The notes below the pieces were generated by a model. It was not told the DNA's origin. It worked only from the letters and a program-made list of their open reading frames with translations, and searched no databases. A DNA stretch of 64,000 nucleotides. It comes from a virus (taxonomy: Duplodnaviria; Heunggongvirae; Uroviricota; Caudoviricetes). The stretch is taken from the IMG/VR virus record IMGVR_UViG_3300042894_008610. One strand, 5' to 3'. The translations under genes and the position numbers were made by a program. This document shows positions 10,268 through 18,840 of the stretch, piece after piece (within the stretch, counting starts at the first letter, position 1; every line of letters starts with the position of its first letter).

Positions 10268-10946
10268 TCAATTCAAATTTTCCGTTATTATAAATAATGT
10301 AGGATTTGTTTTCAATCCAATCACCACAGTTAAGATAATGAACATCACTCACCATCTTATCAGATGGTTGATGTATGTGTCCACAAATCACTGTATCACA
10401 TCCTCTTTTTTTCGCTTGGTAAGCCAATTGTTTCTCAAAGGATGTCATAAATTGTACCGCCTCTTTAACACTGTCTTTAAGGTATTTAGATAATGAAAAC
10501 TTCATACCCATACCTTTTAGTTTTCTATCGACATAAATTGCTAAGTCATATCCCATTGAACCGATAACACCTAACCATTTCCACTTGACAACACCGTCAT
10601 ATAAATCACCGTGTGTTACAAAAACATTTTCACCAAACTTATATTCGTTGACGATTTTTATGTTACCGAAATCAATATCATCATACGACCTTAAGAAGTC
10701 ATCGTGATTACCTGATACGTAAATAACCTCAGTCCCATTCTTTGAGTAAGATAATATCTTTCTAATCACGTTTGTGTATGATTGTTTCCAATAAAATCTT
10801 TTTTTAAGTAACCATCCATCTATAATGTCCCCCACCAAAAAAAGATATTTTGGTTCATACTTTTTAAGGACTTCAATTAGTTCTTCAGCGTTTACTCCTC
10901 GAGCACCCAAGTGAACATCTGAGATAAACAACGCATCAATTTTCAT
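10257..10946 (-). CDS. calcineurin-like metallophosphoesterase (LpxH/COG2908-like)
   Basis: ISDVHLG...GDIIDGW...GNHD...GHIHQP motifs. Confidence 0.7.
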   Translation of the reverse strand: MKIDALFISDVHLGARGVNAEELIEVLKKYEPKYLFLVGDIIDGWLLKKRFYWKQSYTNVIRKILSYSKNGTEVIYVSGNHDDFLRSYDDIDFGNIKIVNEYKFGENVFVTHGDLYDGVVKWKWLGVIGSMGYDLAIYVDRKLKGMGMKFSLSKYLKDSVKEAVQFMTSFEKQLAYQAKKRGCDTVICGHIHQPSDKMVSDVHYLNCGDWIENKSYIIYNNGKFELNEY

Positions 10947-11163
10947 ATAACATTTTCATATATTTTTGTTTAATACCAATAGCTCTCTTTTTGTCAGAAA
11001 AGCTAACTTGGTTCGTCGATACGATACTTATAAAATCTTCAACATCACTGTCTTCAATATTTTCAAATATGAACGCAAGTTCAGTGTCATTCAGTCCATA
11101 TGACTTTTTTAAATATTCATCAACAAGGTCGAAAAAAAACTGACTATCTTCTTGACTAACCAT
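10936..11163 (-). CDS. hypothetical small acidic protein
   Basis: 75-aa ORF, overlapping gene chain. Confidence 0.4.
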   Translation of the reverse strand: MVSQEDSQFFFDLVDEYLKKSYGLNDTELAFIFENIEDSDVEDFISIVSTNQVSFSDKKRAIGIKQKYMKMLYEN

Positions 11164-11398
11164 TGAGTAATTCTTTTTCTCGTTTATTCATAATCTCCGA
11201 CAATTTGTTTTCATAAACTGTATGAAGTTCAAGGTTACACTGATATTGTAAATCATAATCGACTTTTTTATCTCGACTAAGATTTTTATCGTATAGAGTA
11301 ATCAGTCTGTTTGCAGAATGAAGTTGTTTGAAATTTTCACAAGAGTTGATTACTTTAATAACCCAGTTCTTTAAATCTCCGTAGTGATTGCTAATCAT
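11156..11398 (-). CDS. hypothetical protein
   Basis: 80-aa ORF. Confidence 0.4.
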   Translation of the reverse strand: MISNHYGDLKNWVIKVINSCENFKQLHSANRLITLYDKNLSRDKKVDYDLQYQCNLELHTVYENKLSEIMNKREKELLNG

Positions 11399-11488
11399 AT
11401 TAGTATAAATATTAAAATTGTTAGTGGTTCCAGTAAATTAACGTAAGGGTAATATTGAATCATCTTACCTTCTATATGTCCAATCATA

Positions 11489-11764
11489 TCATAAGTTGTT
11501 TAAAACCGCCTCCAACATTTGGATGGCTTCTTTATCCTTCTTGGTCTTAACTTCTTTACTCTTGAGGTATTCCAAAGACGCAATAACCTCATCCTTCTTA
11601 CTCATATTGGTATTCGCCGGCAGGTTATGAGTGTGTCCCATAACCGAACTGTAGGTGCGTTCAGGTAGGTCACCACCTTCATAAAGAACTTTATAAATTG
11701 TTGCAGTCATCACAGGGTCCTTGATGATTCTGTTAAGGAAATAAAAGGTAAGTAGTTTCTTCAT
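11489..11764 (-). CDS. hypothetical protein
   Basis: 91-aa ORF. Confidence 0.45.
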   Translation of the reverse strand: MKKLLTFYFLNRIIKDPVMTATIYKVLYEGGDLPERTYSSVMGHTHNLPANTNMSKKDEVIASLEYLKSKEVKTKKDKEAIQMLEAVLNNL

Positions 11765-11965
11765 ATTGCTAAGATAGAAAAAATATTTTGATTAACCAAA
11801 ATTATTCTTATTCCCATCTCCAATTATGTTGGTTCTCCACCAATTGTTAAACTTGGATTTTGGGAATACTCGGGCATTTTTTTCTAACACGACACCCAAA
11901 AATGATATCAGAATAACAAACCCATAAAAAAATAAAATATAAACTAACGCGGTATTATTCATTCA

Positions 11966-12367
11966 TTAAAGTTTAATCTCAAATCTATCTCTCATAGATT
12001 GTAATTTATCTTCAGGAACACCGTGAGCGTTTACTCCACCGTGACGATTTTCTACGATGATTGAAAACACCTTGTAATCCCAATCTTTTGCCATATCAAT
12101 GTAACTCTGCATTTCCCACTCCTGTGTAAATGTATTTGATACAACTATCACATTGTTCAACCCTGCGGTGTGATTTAAAATCATTGCAGTATTAACACTG
12201 TGTTGACACCACTCGTGGGCGTCTCTCAATTTAGAACCATCGAACTTATATTCACCATTGACCATAAAGTATTGGTCAGTCTCAAAGTGAGTCCCCCCCA
12301 AGTTTTTTGCCAATGTTGATTTACCTGAACCAGGGACACCTCTAACTAAGTATAAAATCTTTTCCAT
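11966..12367 (-). CDS. P-loop NTPase / putative (poly)nucleotide kinase
   Basis: Walker A GVPGSGKST near the N-terminus; small kinase-like fold typical of PNK kinase domains. Confidence 0.6.
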   Translation of the reverse strand: MEKILYLVRGVPGSGKSTLAKNLGGTHFETDQYFMVNGEYKFDGSKLRDAHEWCQHSVNTAMILNHTAGLNNVIVVSNTFTQEWEMQSYIDMAKDWDYKVFSIIVENRHGGVNAHGVPEDKLQSMRDRFEIKL

Positions 12368-12380
12368 AGAACAAATATAA

Positions 12381-12418
12381 TAAAAAAAACCTGAGAAGTC
12401 TCAGGTTTTTACTTTTTT
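12381..12418. terminator. hairpin CCTGAG-AAGT-CTCAGG flanked by A-run and T-run
   Basis: read directly at 12390-12405. Confidence 0.45.
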
Positions 12419-12525
12419 ACTAATTTCTTAGCCTCTTCTATCATCGCCTCAGTACTGCTGTACTTACACGGACAAGAAGGTCTACCGTTCTCTTTCAAGA
12501 TTTGTTTTGCCTGTTCAAGTGTCAT
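12409..12525 (-). CDS. small protein (38 aa, MTLEQAKQILKENGRPSCPCKY...)
   Basis: ATG at 12525; its start overlaps the stop of the upstream small ORF (TGA at 12517..12515, 11-nt overlap); below the track cut-off. Confidence 0.3.
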   Translation of the reverse strand: MTLEQAKQILKENGRPSCPCKYSSTEAMIEEAKKLVKK

Positions 12526-12658
12526 AACTGTTTCCTTTTAGTTCTTTTATGTATCGATTAATAATATCGTTGTTATTACTAATTCTGTCAAGGGTTTTTT
12601 TAACATTTACCCTGTTTCTTTTTGGTTTCCCCTCTTTTCTTGCCTTTGCCATACTCAT
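12515..12658 (-). CDS. small basic protein (47 aa, MSMAKARKEGKPKRNRVNVKK...)
   Basis: frame checked codon by codon; overlaps the spurious plus-strand ORF 12549..12848. Confidence 0.3.
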   Translation of the reverse strand: MSMAKARKEGKPKRNRVNVKKTLDRISNNNDIINRYIKELKGNSYDT

Positions 12659-12672
12659 AAATATGTTAAAAA

Positions 12673-12700
12673 CAAAAAACCCCACCGTTAAGTGGGGTTC
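12673..12700 (-). terminator. family terminator hairpin CCCCAC-CGTTAA-GTGGGG
   Basis: stem 12680-12685/12692-12697; a T-run follows in minus RNA; downstream of the cyclophilin gene. Confidence 0.55.
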
Positions 12701-12704
12701 AAGA

Positions 12705-13136
12705 TTAAATCAATTCCATAGAATTGATTTGGTCACCTTGTTGGAGTTGGTCAATGATATCAACACCTTCAACAATCTTCCCAAAACAGGTATGATTACC
12801 GTCCAAGTGTTGGGTGTTCTGTCTATTGTGACAGATAAAGAACTGTGAACCTCCTGTGTTACGACCAGCGTGTGCCATTGAAAGAACACCTTTATCGTGG
12901 AATTGTTTTGGCGCTGTTACTTCACATTGGATTGTGTATCCAGGTCCTCCATTTCCAACACCGTTAGGACAACCACCTTGGGCAACAAATCCAGGAATCA
13001 CTCTATGGAAATTAAGTCCGTCATAGAATTTCTTGTTAATCAAACTCTTAAAGTTTTCTACCGTGATTGGAGTTTCGTTGTCATACAACTCCGCAATCAT
13101 ATCACCTTTTGCTGTTGAGATTTTTACTTTACTCAT
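12705..13136 (-). CDS. ppiB: cyclophilin-type peptidyl-prolyl cis-trans isomerase
   Basis: FHRVIPGFVAQGG...GGSQFFI cyclophilin signature; the track ORF starts at a TTG at 13154, first ATG at 13136 (MSKVKISTAKGD...). Confidence 0.85.
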   Translation of the reverse strand: MSKVKISTAKGDMIAELYDNETPITVENFKSLINKKFYDGLNFHRVIPGFVAQGGCPNGVGNGGPGYTIQCEVTAPKQFHDKGVLSMAHAGRNTGGSQFFICHNRQNTQHLDGNHTCFGKIVEGVDIIDQLQQGDQINSMELI

Positions 13137-13170
13137 ATATCTTGTTTTTAACAATGATAACTAAAAAATA

Positions 13171-14013
13171 TTAGTGTATCAAGACCTTCTCGGTTTTACC
13201 ATTATCATAAAGATAAATTATAATTTCTTCTTTACGAACATTATAAACAGGTCGACCCATCATGTCATACATCCCAATTACTTTTGGTTCAGGTTTGGTA
13301 AATGTAATCACACTTGAAAGATTAGAACGCTTACAAACATCTAATTTCCTAAACATGAATGTGTCCTGACTAACACATTTGTTCCACCATTGAGCAACTA
13401 CTAATACACGACCAGTGTCTTTAAATACAAAGTTAAAAAGCCTTGTATCACCATAACCTAAGAAGTCCGCATCTGGAAAATCATATTCCATTCCAATTTG
13501 GTAATCACTAAGTGAGTCCCACTCACTTTGAGTCATTTTAGCCATCCAAGGTCCTGAGTAGAACATTAAGTAGTAGCTCATACAAGTATCTTTTAATGGG
13601 TAACCTTTAATAGTGCTCATTTCAAATTTATACTGCTTACAACTATTTGGATACACATTCGAACTTACAGTAGCGCCTGGAAACTTAATAATTTCTAAAG
13701 GTCGGTAGATGGCCGTATCACATTTTGTACACCTGTTCCAAACCTTCAAATACATTTTATATTTACCTTTAACATTAAATTGAACTTGAATCAACCCCCT
13801 ATTATCTCTAATAGTATCAGTCTTTTTGGTTTGGAAGTCGTAAACCATAAACATATAATCAACACAAGTGTCATCAAGTACTTGACCACTCACATACCAT
13901 TTGTAAAGATTACGTTGATTTGATTGTTGGAGTTTTAGTGTGCTCCAATCACATTTTGCGTTCGCTGTTGCTAAGGAGACCAAAAGCATTAAAAGCGTAA
14001 ATAGTTTTTTCAT
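13171..14013 (-). CDS. secreted protein with signal peptide and an internal two-domain duplication (Cys-containing)
   Basis: N-term MKKLFTLLMLLVSLATANA; repeated C-x-DYMF/SYYL...WN-x-C blocks. Confidence 0.55.
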   Translation of the reverse strand: MKKLFTLLMLLVSLATANAKCDWSTLKLQQSNQRNLYKWYVSGQVLDDTCVDYMFMVYDFQTKKTDTIRDNRGLIQVQFNVKGKYKMYLKVWNRCTKCDTAIYRPLEIIKFPGATVSSNVYPNSCKQYKFEMSTIKGYPLKDTCMSYYLMFYSGPWMAKMTQSEWDSLSDYQIGMEYDFPDADFLGYGDTRLFNFVFKDTGRVLVVAQWWNKCVSQDTFMFRKLDVCKRSNLSSVITFTKPEPKVIGMYDMMGRPVYNVRKEEIIIYLYDNGKTEKVLIH

Positions 14014-14059
14014 AATTTCAAATATAGAACATATATTTCAGAATATTGTCATCATAAAG

Positions 14060-14090
14060 TAAAAACCCCCACCGATTGGTGAGGGTTTCA
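14060..14090 (-). terminator. family terminator hairpin CCCCCACC-GATT-GGTGAGGG
   Basis: 14066-14085; downstream of the SPFH gene. Confidence 0.55.
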
Positions 14091-14093
14091 AAG

Positions 14094-14948
14094 TTACTTA
14101 ATCCCATACATTAGATTGGTTCCATTTCCCAGGACCGTGGACGGTACGTTACCTTTCCACTTCTCAATCCATTGTTGTTGAATCAACATAGGAGTTAGTG
14201 TTTGTTGTCGTAGTCGGTTTGCTTCCGCTTCAGCCTTAGCTCTTGTTAACATCGCCTGAGCGTTACCTTCAGCAGTTGCCACTTTAATCTTAGCCTCAGC
14301 CTCAGCTTGTTTTACTTTGTTCTCAGCCGTTAAAGCCGCTTGGACCGCGTTATTCTTAGCTTCAATTGCTTTCTTGAATGTTTCAGGGTAAACCAAGTTA
14401 GATGTAAACTGACTTAGAATAAACCCTTCAGGTTCAAGTTGTTTTACCAAAACACTTCTAACCTTCAACTCAAACAATTCACGGTTTGAAATCAATTCAT
14501 CCGCAGTGTATGAGTTAGCAACAACTCGGAAAGCATCATACACAGCCGTCTTTAGAAATCCACCTTCAATATCACCCAACTCAACACGATACTTTGAAAA
14601 AATGTAAGGTACTTTTTCACGTTTAACTGAGTAGTTCAACAATGGTGATACGTGAAACTCGGAACCGTCTTTTGAGTTAACAACAAACGACTCATCGATT
14701 TCATTCTCCCTGTCCAACTTATATTCTTTGTGTTGAACGTATGTTGGGAACTCAACAATTTTTGTACTGATTGGGTTATAAAATACCCACCCTGTTACCT
14801 CAGTAACATCATCAACACCTTTACCATCTCCATAGAGATTTACCTTAACACCTACGTGTCCTGCATCAATACGTTCACATCCTGCGAACATAGTGAAAAT
14901 TAATACCAAAGCAATTACGCTTCCCAAAATTTTAGTTAGATTGCTCAT
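14094..14948 (-). CDS. SPFH/band-7 (prohibitin/HflKC-like) membrane protein
   Basis: N-terminal TM; band-7 core; C-terminal Ala/Glu-rich coiled coil AEAKIKVATAEGNAQAMLTRAKAEAEANR. Confidence 0.75.
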   Translation of the reverse strand: MSNLTKILGSVIALVLIFTMFAGCERIDAGHVGVKVNLYGDGKGVDDVTEVTGWVFYNPISTKIVEFPTYVQHKEYKLDRENEIDESFVVNSKDGSEFHVSPLLNYSVKREKVPYIFSKYRVELGDIEGGFLKTAVYDAFRVVANSYTADELISNRELFELKVRSVLVKQLEPEGFILSQFTSNLVYPETFKKAIEAKNNAVQAALTAENKVKQAEAEAKIKVATAEGNAQAMLTRAKAEAEANRLRQQTLTPMLIQQQWIEKWKGNVPSTVLGNGTNLMYGIK

Positions 14949-15177
14949 CTTCTTTTTTGTTTGTTTTAAATAAATTAATTAATGAATCCGCAACATTTTT
15001 AATTACATAAACTCCGCCAATAAAGGTTGCTAATAAAAATGCGAAGCCAATTATTACAAGTGCACTGTCAGGTTTATTCATAAAAATAAATGAATAGTCC
15101 ATAATTTCCCACATCACCAATACAGTGATTACGATTAATGCTAAATGGAATAACGTTTTTATAAGGATATTTTTCAT
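14932..15177 (-). CDS. small 2-TM membrane protein (possible NfeD-like partner of the SPFH protein)
   Basis: 81 aa, two hydrophobic helices; 17-nt overlap with the downstream SPFH gene. Confidence 0.45.
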   Translation of the reverse strand: MKNILIKTLFHLALIVITVLVMWEIMDYSFIFMNKPDSALVIIGFAFLLATFIGGVYVIKNVADSLINLFKTNKKEDEQSN

Positions 15178-15187
15178 ACTCGTTTTT

Positions 15188-15218
15188 TTAAAAAACCCCC
15201 CACCGAAGTGAGGGGTTA
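15188..15218. terminator. family terminator hairpin CCCCCCAC-CGAA-GTGAGGGG with flanking T-run/A-run
   Basis: 15196-15215. Confidence 0.5.
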
Positions 15219-15401
15219 GTGTGTTGGCTAGGTTTTCTTCAATAAAGGTTTTAATGAGTTTTAAGGTTTGACTCTCTCAGTGATTTTTGAACAGGTGAAC
15301 AATCTAATTTTTGAATACTTTAACGTCATCAATTATCTAATGGATAGTAGAGTTTTTATGTAACTAAATCTCCAAAAACACCAACCAAACACAACTTTCT
15401 T

Positions 15402-15836
15402 TTACAACGTTTTTGTCGCGTTGTATGTGTCTAACTCGTCCTGAAGAGCGTCAATCTCGTCTTCATAAGACTTAACCATTTTGTCTCGGGTGCTAGCGCT
15501 GATAACTACATTATAGTTCAACAACATTGATTCACCATAACCTCTACGACTAACGTTACCCTCTTGGGTATCCATTTTCTTCAAGGTCTTAACCAAATTT
15601 TTCAATTCAGACAAACGGAAAATCTTGTCATAAACTTCATTATTCGCCCTGTGGATTGCAGTCTTCAATTCAATCAATTGGTTAGTTTCTTCCAACAAAC
15701 TCTGCAATTCTGTCTGTGGGTCATAACTACGGATGGCTCCTTCGATAACTGAGTTATCTTTTTCAATTCGAACAATTCTCTCATTGATACTTTTCACCAA
15801 TCGAGCTTTTTGTTTTAGTGCTTGTTTAATCGTCAT
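15402..15836 (-). CDS. hypothetical coiled-coil protein
   Basis: 144-aa ORF. Confidence 0.45.
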   Translation of the reverse strand: MTIKQALKQKARLVKSINERIVRIEKDNSVIEGAIRSYDPQTELQSLLEETNQLIELKTAIHRANNEVYDKIFRLSELKNLVKTLKKMDTQEGNVSRRGYGESMLLNYNVVISASTRDKMVKSYEDEIDALQDELDTYNATKTL

Positions 15837-15875
15837 AATCTTCTATTTAAGTTTTACAAATATAAATGTTTTTTA

Positions 15876-16544
15876 TTAACTGTCAACTTCCGTGGGGTCA
15901 ATTCTTTTTTCGTGATGGTCTTTAGGAAGTGTTAACCTTACTTTTGGTCGGTCCTTCAACAAAGAACGAATCTCACTTAAATCATAAGGATATAAGTTGT
16001 TACCGTCAACCCCAACGTCCATTGCTCGTCCATCAGCAATCTTAAGATGTGATGGTAAGTGAACGTGTCCGTGTAAGTGAATTACCCCATCATTCATACC
16101 ATTCCAAGACGCTATTGGATAGTGTAGACATACGATAGAAATCTTATCTACAATCTTTCCGTTGGGAATCCTCAAATCTAAATGTAAGTAATCAAAACAT
16201 CCTTTGAACACCCTTTGGATGTCTTCTTTATCTCTACGAATGTGGTGGTCGTGGTTACCAAAAACTAAGTAAACGTTTTTACATAAGATTCTGTTACGAA
16301 ACTCTTCAATCTTATCGAATCCACCGAAAGACCAGTCACCTAAGTGAATCAATATATCATTCTCACCAATCATCTCATTGATGTTGTTGACCAAGACATC
16401 ATTCATATGGTCAAGGGATTTGAAATCTCGAGTTAGATTTTCAGCGCCAACCCATTTTGTAGTTGCGCTACAAATATTACCGTGACCATAGTGAGTATCA
16501 CTGGTAAAAAATAACCGCTGTCCTTTCTCTAATACAAGTTTCAT
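15876..16544 (-). CDS. calcineurin-like metallophosphoesterase
   Basis: SDTHYGH...GDWSFGG...GNHDHH...GHVHLP. Confidence 0.7.
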   Translation of the reverse strand: MKLVLEKGQRLFFTSDTHYGHGNICSATTKWVGAENLTRDFKSLDHMNDVLVNNINEMIGENDILIHLGDWSFGGFDKIEEFRNRILCKNVYLVFGNHDHHIRRDKEDIQRVFKGCFDYLHLDLRIPNGKIVDKISIVCLHYPIASWNGMNDGVIHLHGHVHLPSHLKIADGRAMDVGVDGNNLYPYDLSEIRSLLKDRPKVRLTLPKDHHEKRIDPTEVDS

Positions 16545-16583
16545 AGGACAAAGGTAAAATAAAATATAGATTAAATCAAAAAA

Positions 16584-17378
16584 TTACGCGATTTTTTCAA
16601 ACTTAGATAAAGTTTCACTTGCTTTAGAACGTGCCATACCTGATGAACCACCAGCATTCAAGTCAGCAAAATAGTTAGACGCGTCTTTTTCATTATCAAA
16701 TTTAGGAAGTGAATTTGGTGATTTACCTTTTAACATAAAGGCAATTGCAACTTTGGCAGCTACTCTTGGGTCATCTAATGAATCAGGATTACCTTCAAGG
16801 TTTTCACCAACAAGACTACCATATTTTTTGTAGTTCGCTCTACCTGTTAGTCCATTGAACCCTCTACCTCTGTATTTGTATCCATCACCAGGTTCAGTGT
16901 TACCCAATCTGATACCTGATTTGTACCCATACATATATTCAAAAAAGTCCTTATTACTTTTTTTAAGTCTCGTTAACTGTCTATCACTTAACCTTTGGGC
17001 TCTTTTACCAAAAATACTTCTGATTCTATCGTTACTTGTATTACCGTAACCAATTTCAGAACCCATCTGAAAACCAGATTCTTTGGCCAAAACACTTAAT
17101 ATACCAATTTGAGTATCAACATCAGTAATACCCATTTTATTCATTTCATCTATCACGATTTCTACGTTTCTGCCGGCTTCACCACTATAACTGTGTTTGA
17201 TTTTACCATTATCGGAAACTTCAAGGTCGTCGGTTTTAACCTCATCACCTTTTGGTTTCTCTTCAGGCGCAAATGCTGAAAGGGTTTTTAAAAAATCGGC
17301 AAGTCTCCCAATAGCTTGCTCATTTAAACCCATAAGTCTAAACTGCTTATTAACTTCTTTCAAAAGTGGTTTTGACAT
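16584..17378 (-). CDS. GH19-like lysozyme/chitinase (COG3179-type phage peptidoglycan hydrolase)
   Basis: SVLAKESGF...YKYRGRGFNGLTGRANY matches the GH19/COG3179 catalytic core. Confidence 0.65.
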   Translation of the reverse strand: MSKPLLKEVNKQFRLMGLNEQAIGRLADFLKTLSAFAPEEKPKGDEVKTDDLEVSDNGKIKHSYSGEAGRNVEIVIDEMNKMGITDVDTQIGILSVLAKESGFQMGSEIGYGNTSNDRIRSIFGKRAQRLSDRQLTRLKKSNKDFFEYMYGYKSGIRLGNTEPGDGYKYRGRGFNGLTGRANYKKYGSLVGENLEGNPDSLDDPRVAAKVAIAFMLKGKSPNSLPKFDNEKDASNYFADLNAGGSSGMARSKASETLSKFEKIA

Positions 17379-17437
17379 AATATTTTTATCTATAAATATA
17401 CAATTACAAAGTATTTATCATATATCTTTGATTCATT

Positions 17438-17725
17438 ATGGCCGACAGGAATTTTTATATGAGAAGAGTATTGACCAAAATTGTAAAAAATATGGTTAGT
17501 AAAAATCCTGCATTCAAAAATATTCGTTCAGTTGAAATACAATTCTTACTTAAATCTCCTGTTAGAAGCGCAATGTGTGATTGGGTTTATGGTCTTACTA
17601 TCAAGACATATAACGATGATGTTAACCAACCTCAAATAATTTCTCAAATAAAAGAAAGAATTGATTCTGTTACATCACAACTAACAAAAGACACTTTCTG
17701 TCTCACCGACTATTACTTCGAGTAG
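17438..17725 (+). CDS. hypothetical protein
   Basis: 95-aa plus-strand ORF; convergent 13-nt overlap with glf. Confidence 0.4.
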   Translation: MADRNFYMRRVLTKIVKNMVSKNPAFKNIRSVEIQFLLKSPVRSAMCDWVYGLTIKTYNDDVNQPQIISQIKERIDSVTSQLTKDTFCLTDYYFE

Positions 17726-18840
17726 TCGTATTTACGAAAAATCCCATCTACCGTATGTAACGCTTGAGCAACCACTTGGTGCATATCATAATAAGCATAG
17801 GTCCCAAGTCTACCCCCAAATATGTATTTAGATTCAGACTCTGTCAATGATTTATATTTTTCATAAATCTCAACATTTTTACCGTCTCTGATTGGGTAAT
17901 ATGGTTCGTTCTCACCAGTATACTCACAAGAGTATTCCTTACTGATATAAGTACCTTTTTGATTCTTAGGGTCAAACCATTTATGTTCTAATATTCGAGT
18001 ATACTTAGTATCAGAATCAGTAAAATTCATTACAGGGTTTCCTTGGAAGTTGTCAACTTCTAATTGGTAATTCTCCCATCTAAGACTACGATATTCCAAT
18101 CGACCAAATTCGTAATCGTAAAACTTATCAATTGGTCCTGTGTAAATTATCTTATCAGATAAAGACTCAAGGATATCTCTATTCTCAAAAAAATCAAATT
18201 CAGTCAGTACTTCAATACCTGATAGTAGTTTTTCAAAAATTTGGGTATAACCTCCGTCAGGAATTCCTTGGTACTTGTCATTGAAATAATTGTTATTCCA
18301 AGTAAATCTAACAGGTAATCTTTTAATAATGGATGGTGGTAGTTCAGAACATTTCTTATCCCATTGTTTCTCAGTATAACCTTTAATCAACTTTTCATAT
18401 ATGTCAGTCCCTACCATTGAAAGAGCTTGTTCTTCCAAATTAGTGATAGGTCCCTTATATTTTTGTTCATCAATCATATACTGTGCCTTTTCAGGTGTGT
18501 TAACACCCCACAGTTGATTGAATGTCCACATATTGAAAGGTAATGAGTAAATCTCACCCTTATAGTTAGCCAAAGGTGAATTAACAAACTGATTAAAAGT
18601 TGCAAATCTGTTTACGTAGTTCCAAACTCTTTCATCATTAGTATGGAATATGTGAGCACCATACTTGTGAACGTGTATACCGTCTATATTTTCAGTATAA
18701 CAGTTTCCACCGATATGATTTCTTTTTTCAACAACTAATACGTTGAATTTCTTACTTAGTTCGTGGGCGCAGATTGCTCCAAAGAGACCTGCCCCCACGA
18801 TTACAAAGTCATAATGTCTATAGGAAGTCAAAAACGACAC
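17713..18840 (-). CDS. glf: UDP-galactopyranose mutase
   Basis: N-terminal FAD Rossmann YDFVIVGAGLFGAICAHEL...VEKRNHIGGNCYTE and overall UGM-like length; apparent GTG/TTG start. Confidence 0.85.
   Translation of the reverse strand: MSFLTSYRHYDFVIVGAGLFGAICAHELSKKFNVLVVEKRNHIGGNCYTENIDGIHVHKYGAHIFHTNDERVWNYVNRFATFNQFVNSPLANYKGEIYSLPFNMWTFNQLWGVNTPEKAQYMIDEQKYKGPITNLEEQALSMVGTDIYEKLIKGYTEKQWDKKCSELPPSIIKRLPVRFTWNNNYFNDKYQGIPDGGYTQIFEKLLSGIEVLTEFDFFENRDILESLSDKIIYTGPIDKFYDYEFGRLEYRSLRWENYQLEVDNFQGNPVMNFTDSDTKYTRILEHKWFDPKNQKGTYISKEYSCEYTGENEPYYPIRDGKNVEIYEKYKSLTESESKYIFGGRLGTYAYYDMHQVVAQALHTVDGIFRKYDYSK

Noticed and set aside
12549-12848. 99-aa hydrophobic plus-strand ORF
   Set aside because: It runs through a family terminator hairpin and into the cyclophilin gene on the opposite strand, giving a low-complexity Leu/Phe translation typical of an antisense AT-rich frame.
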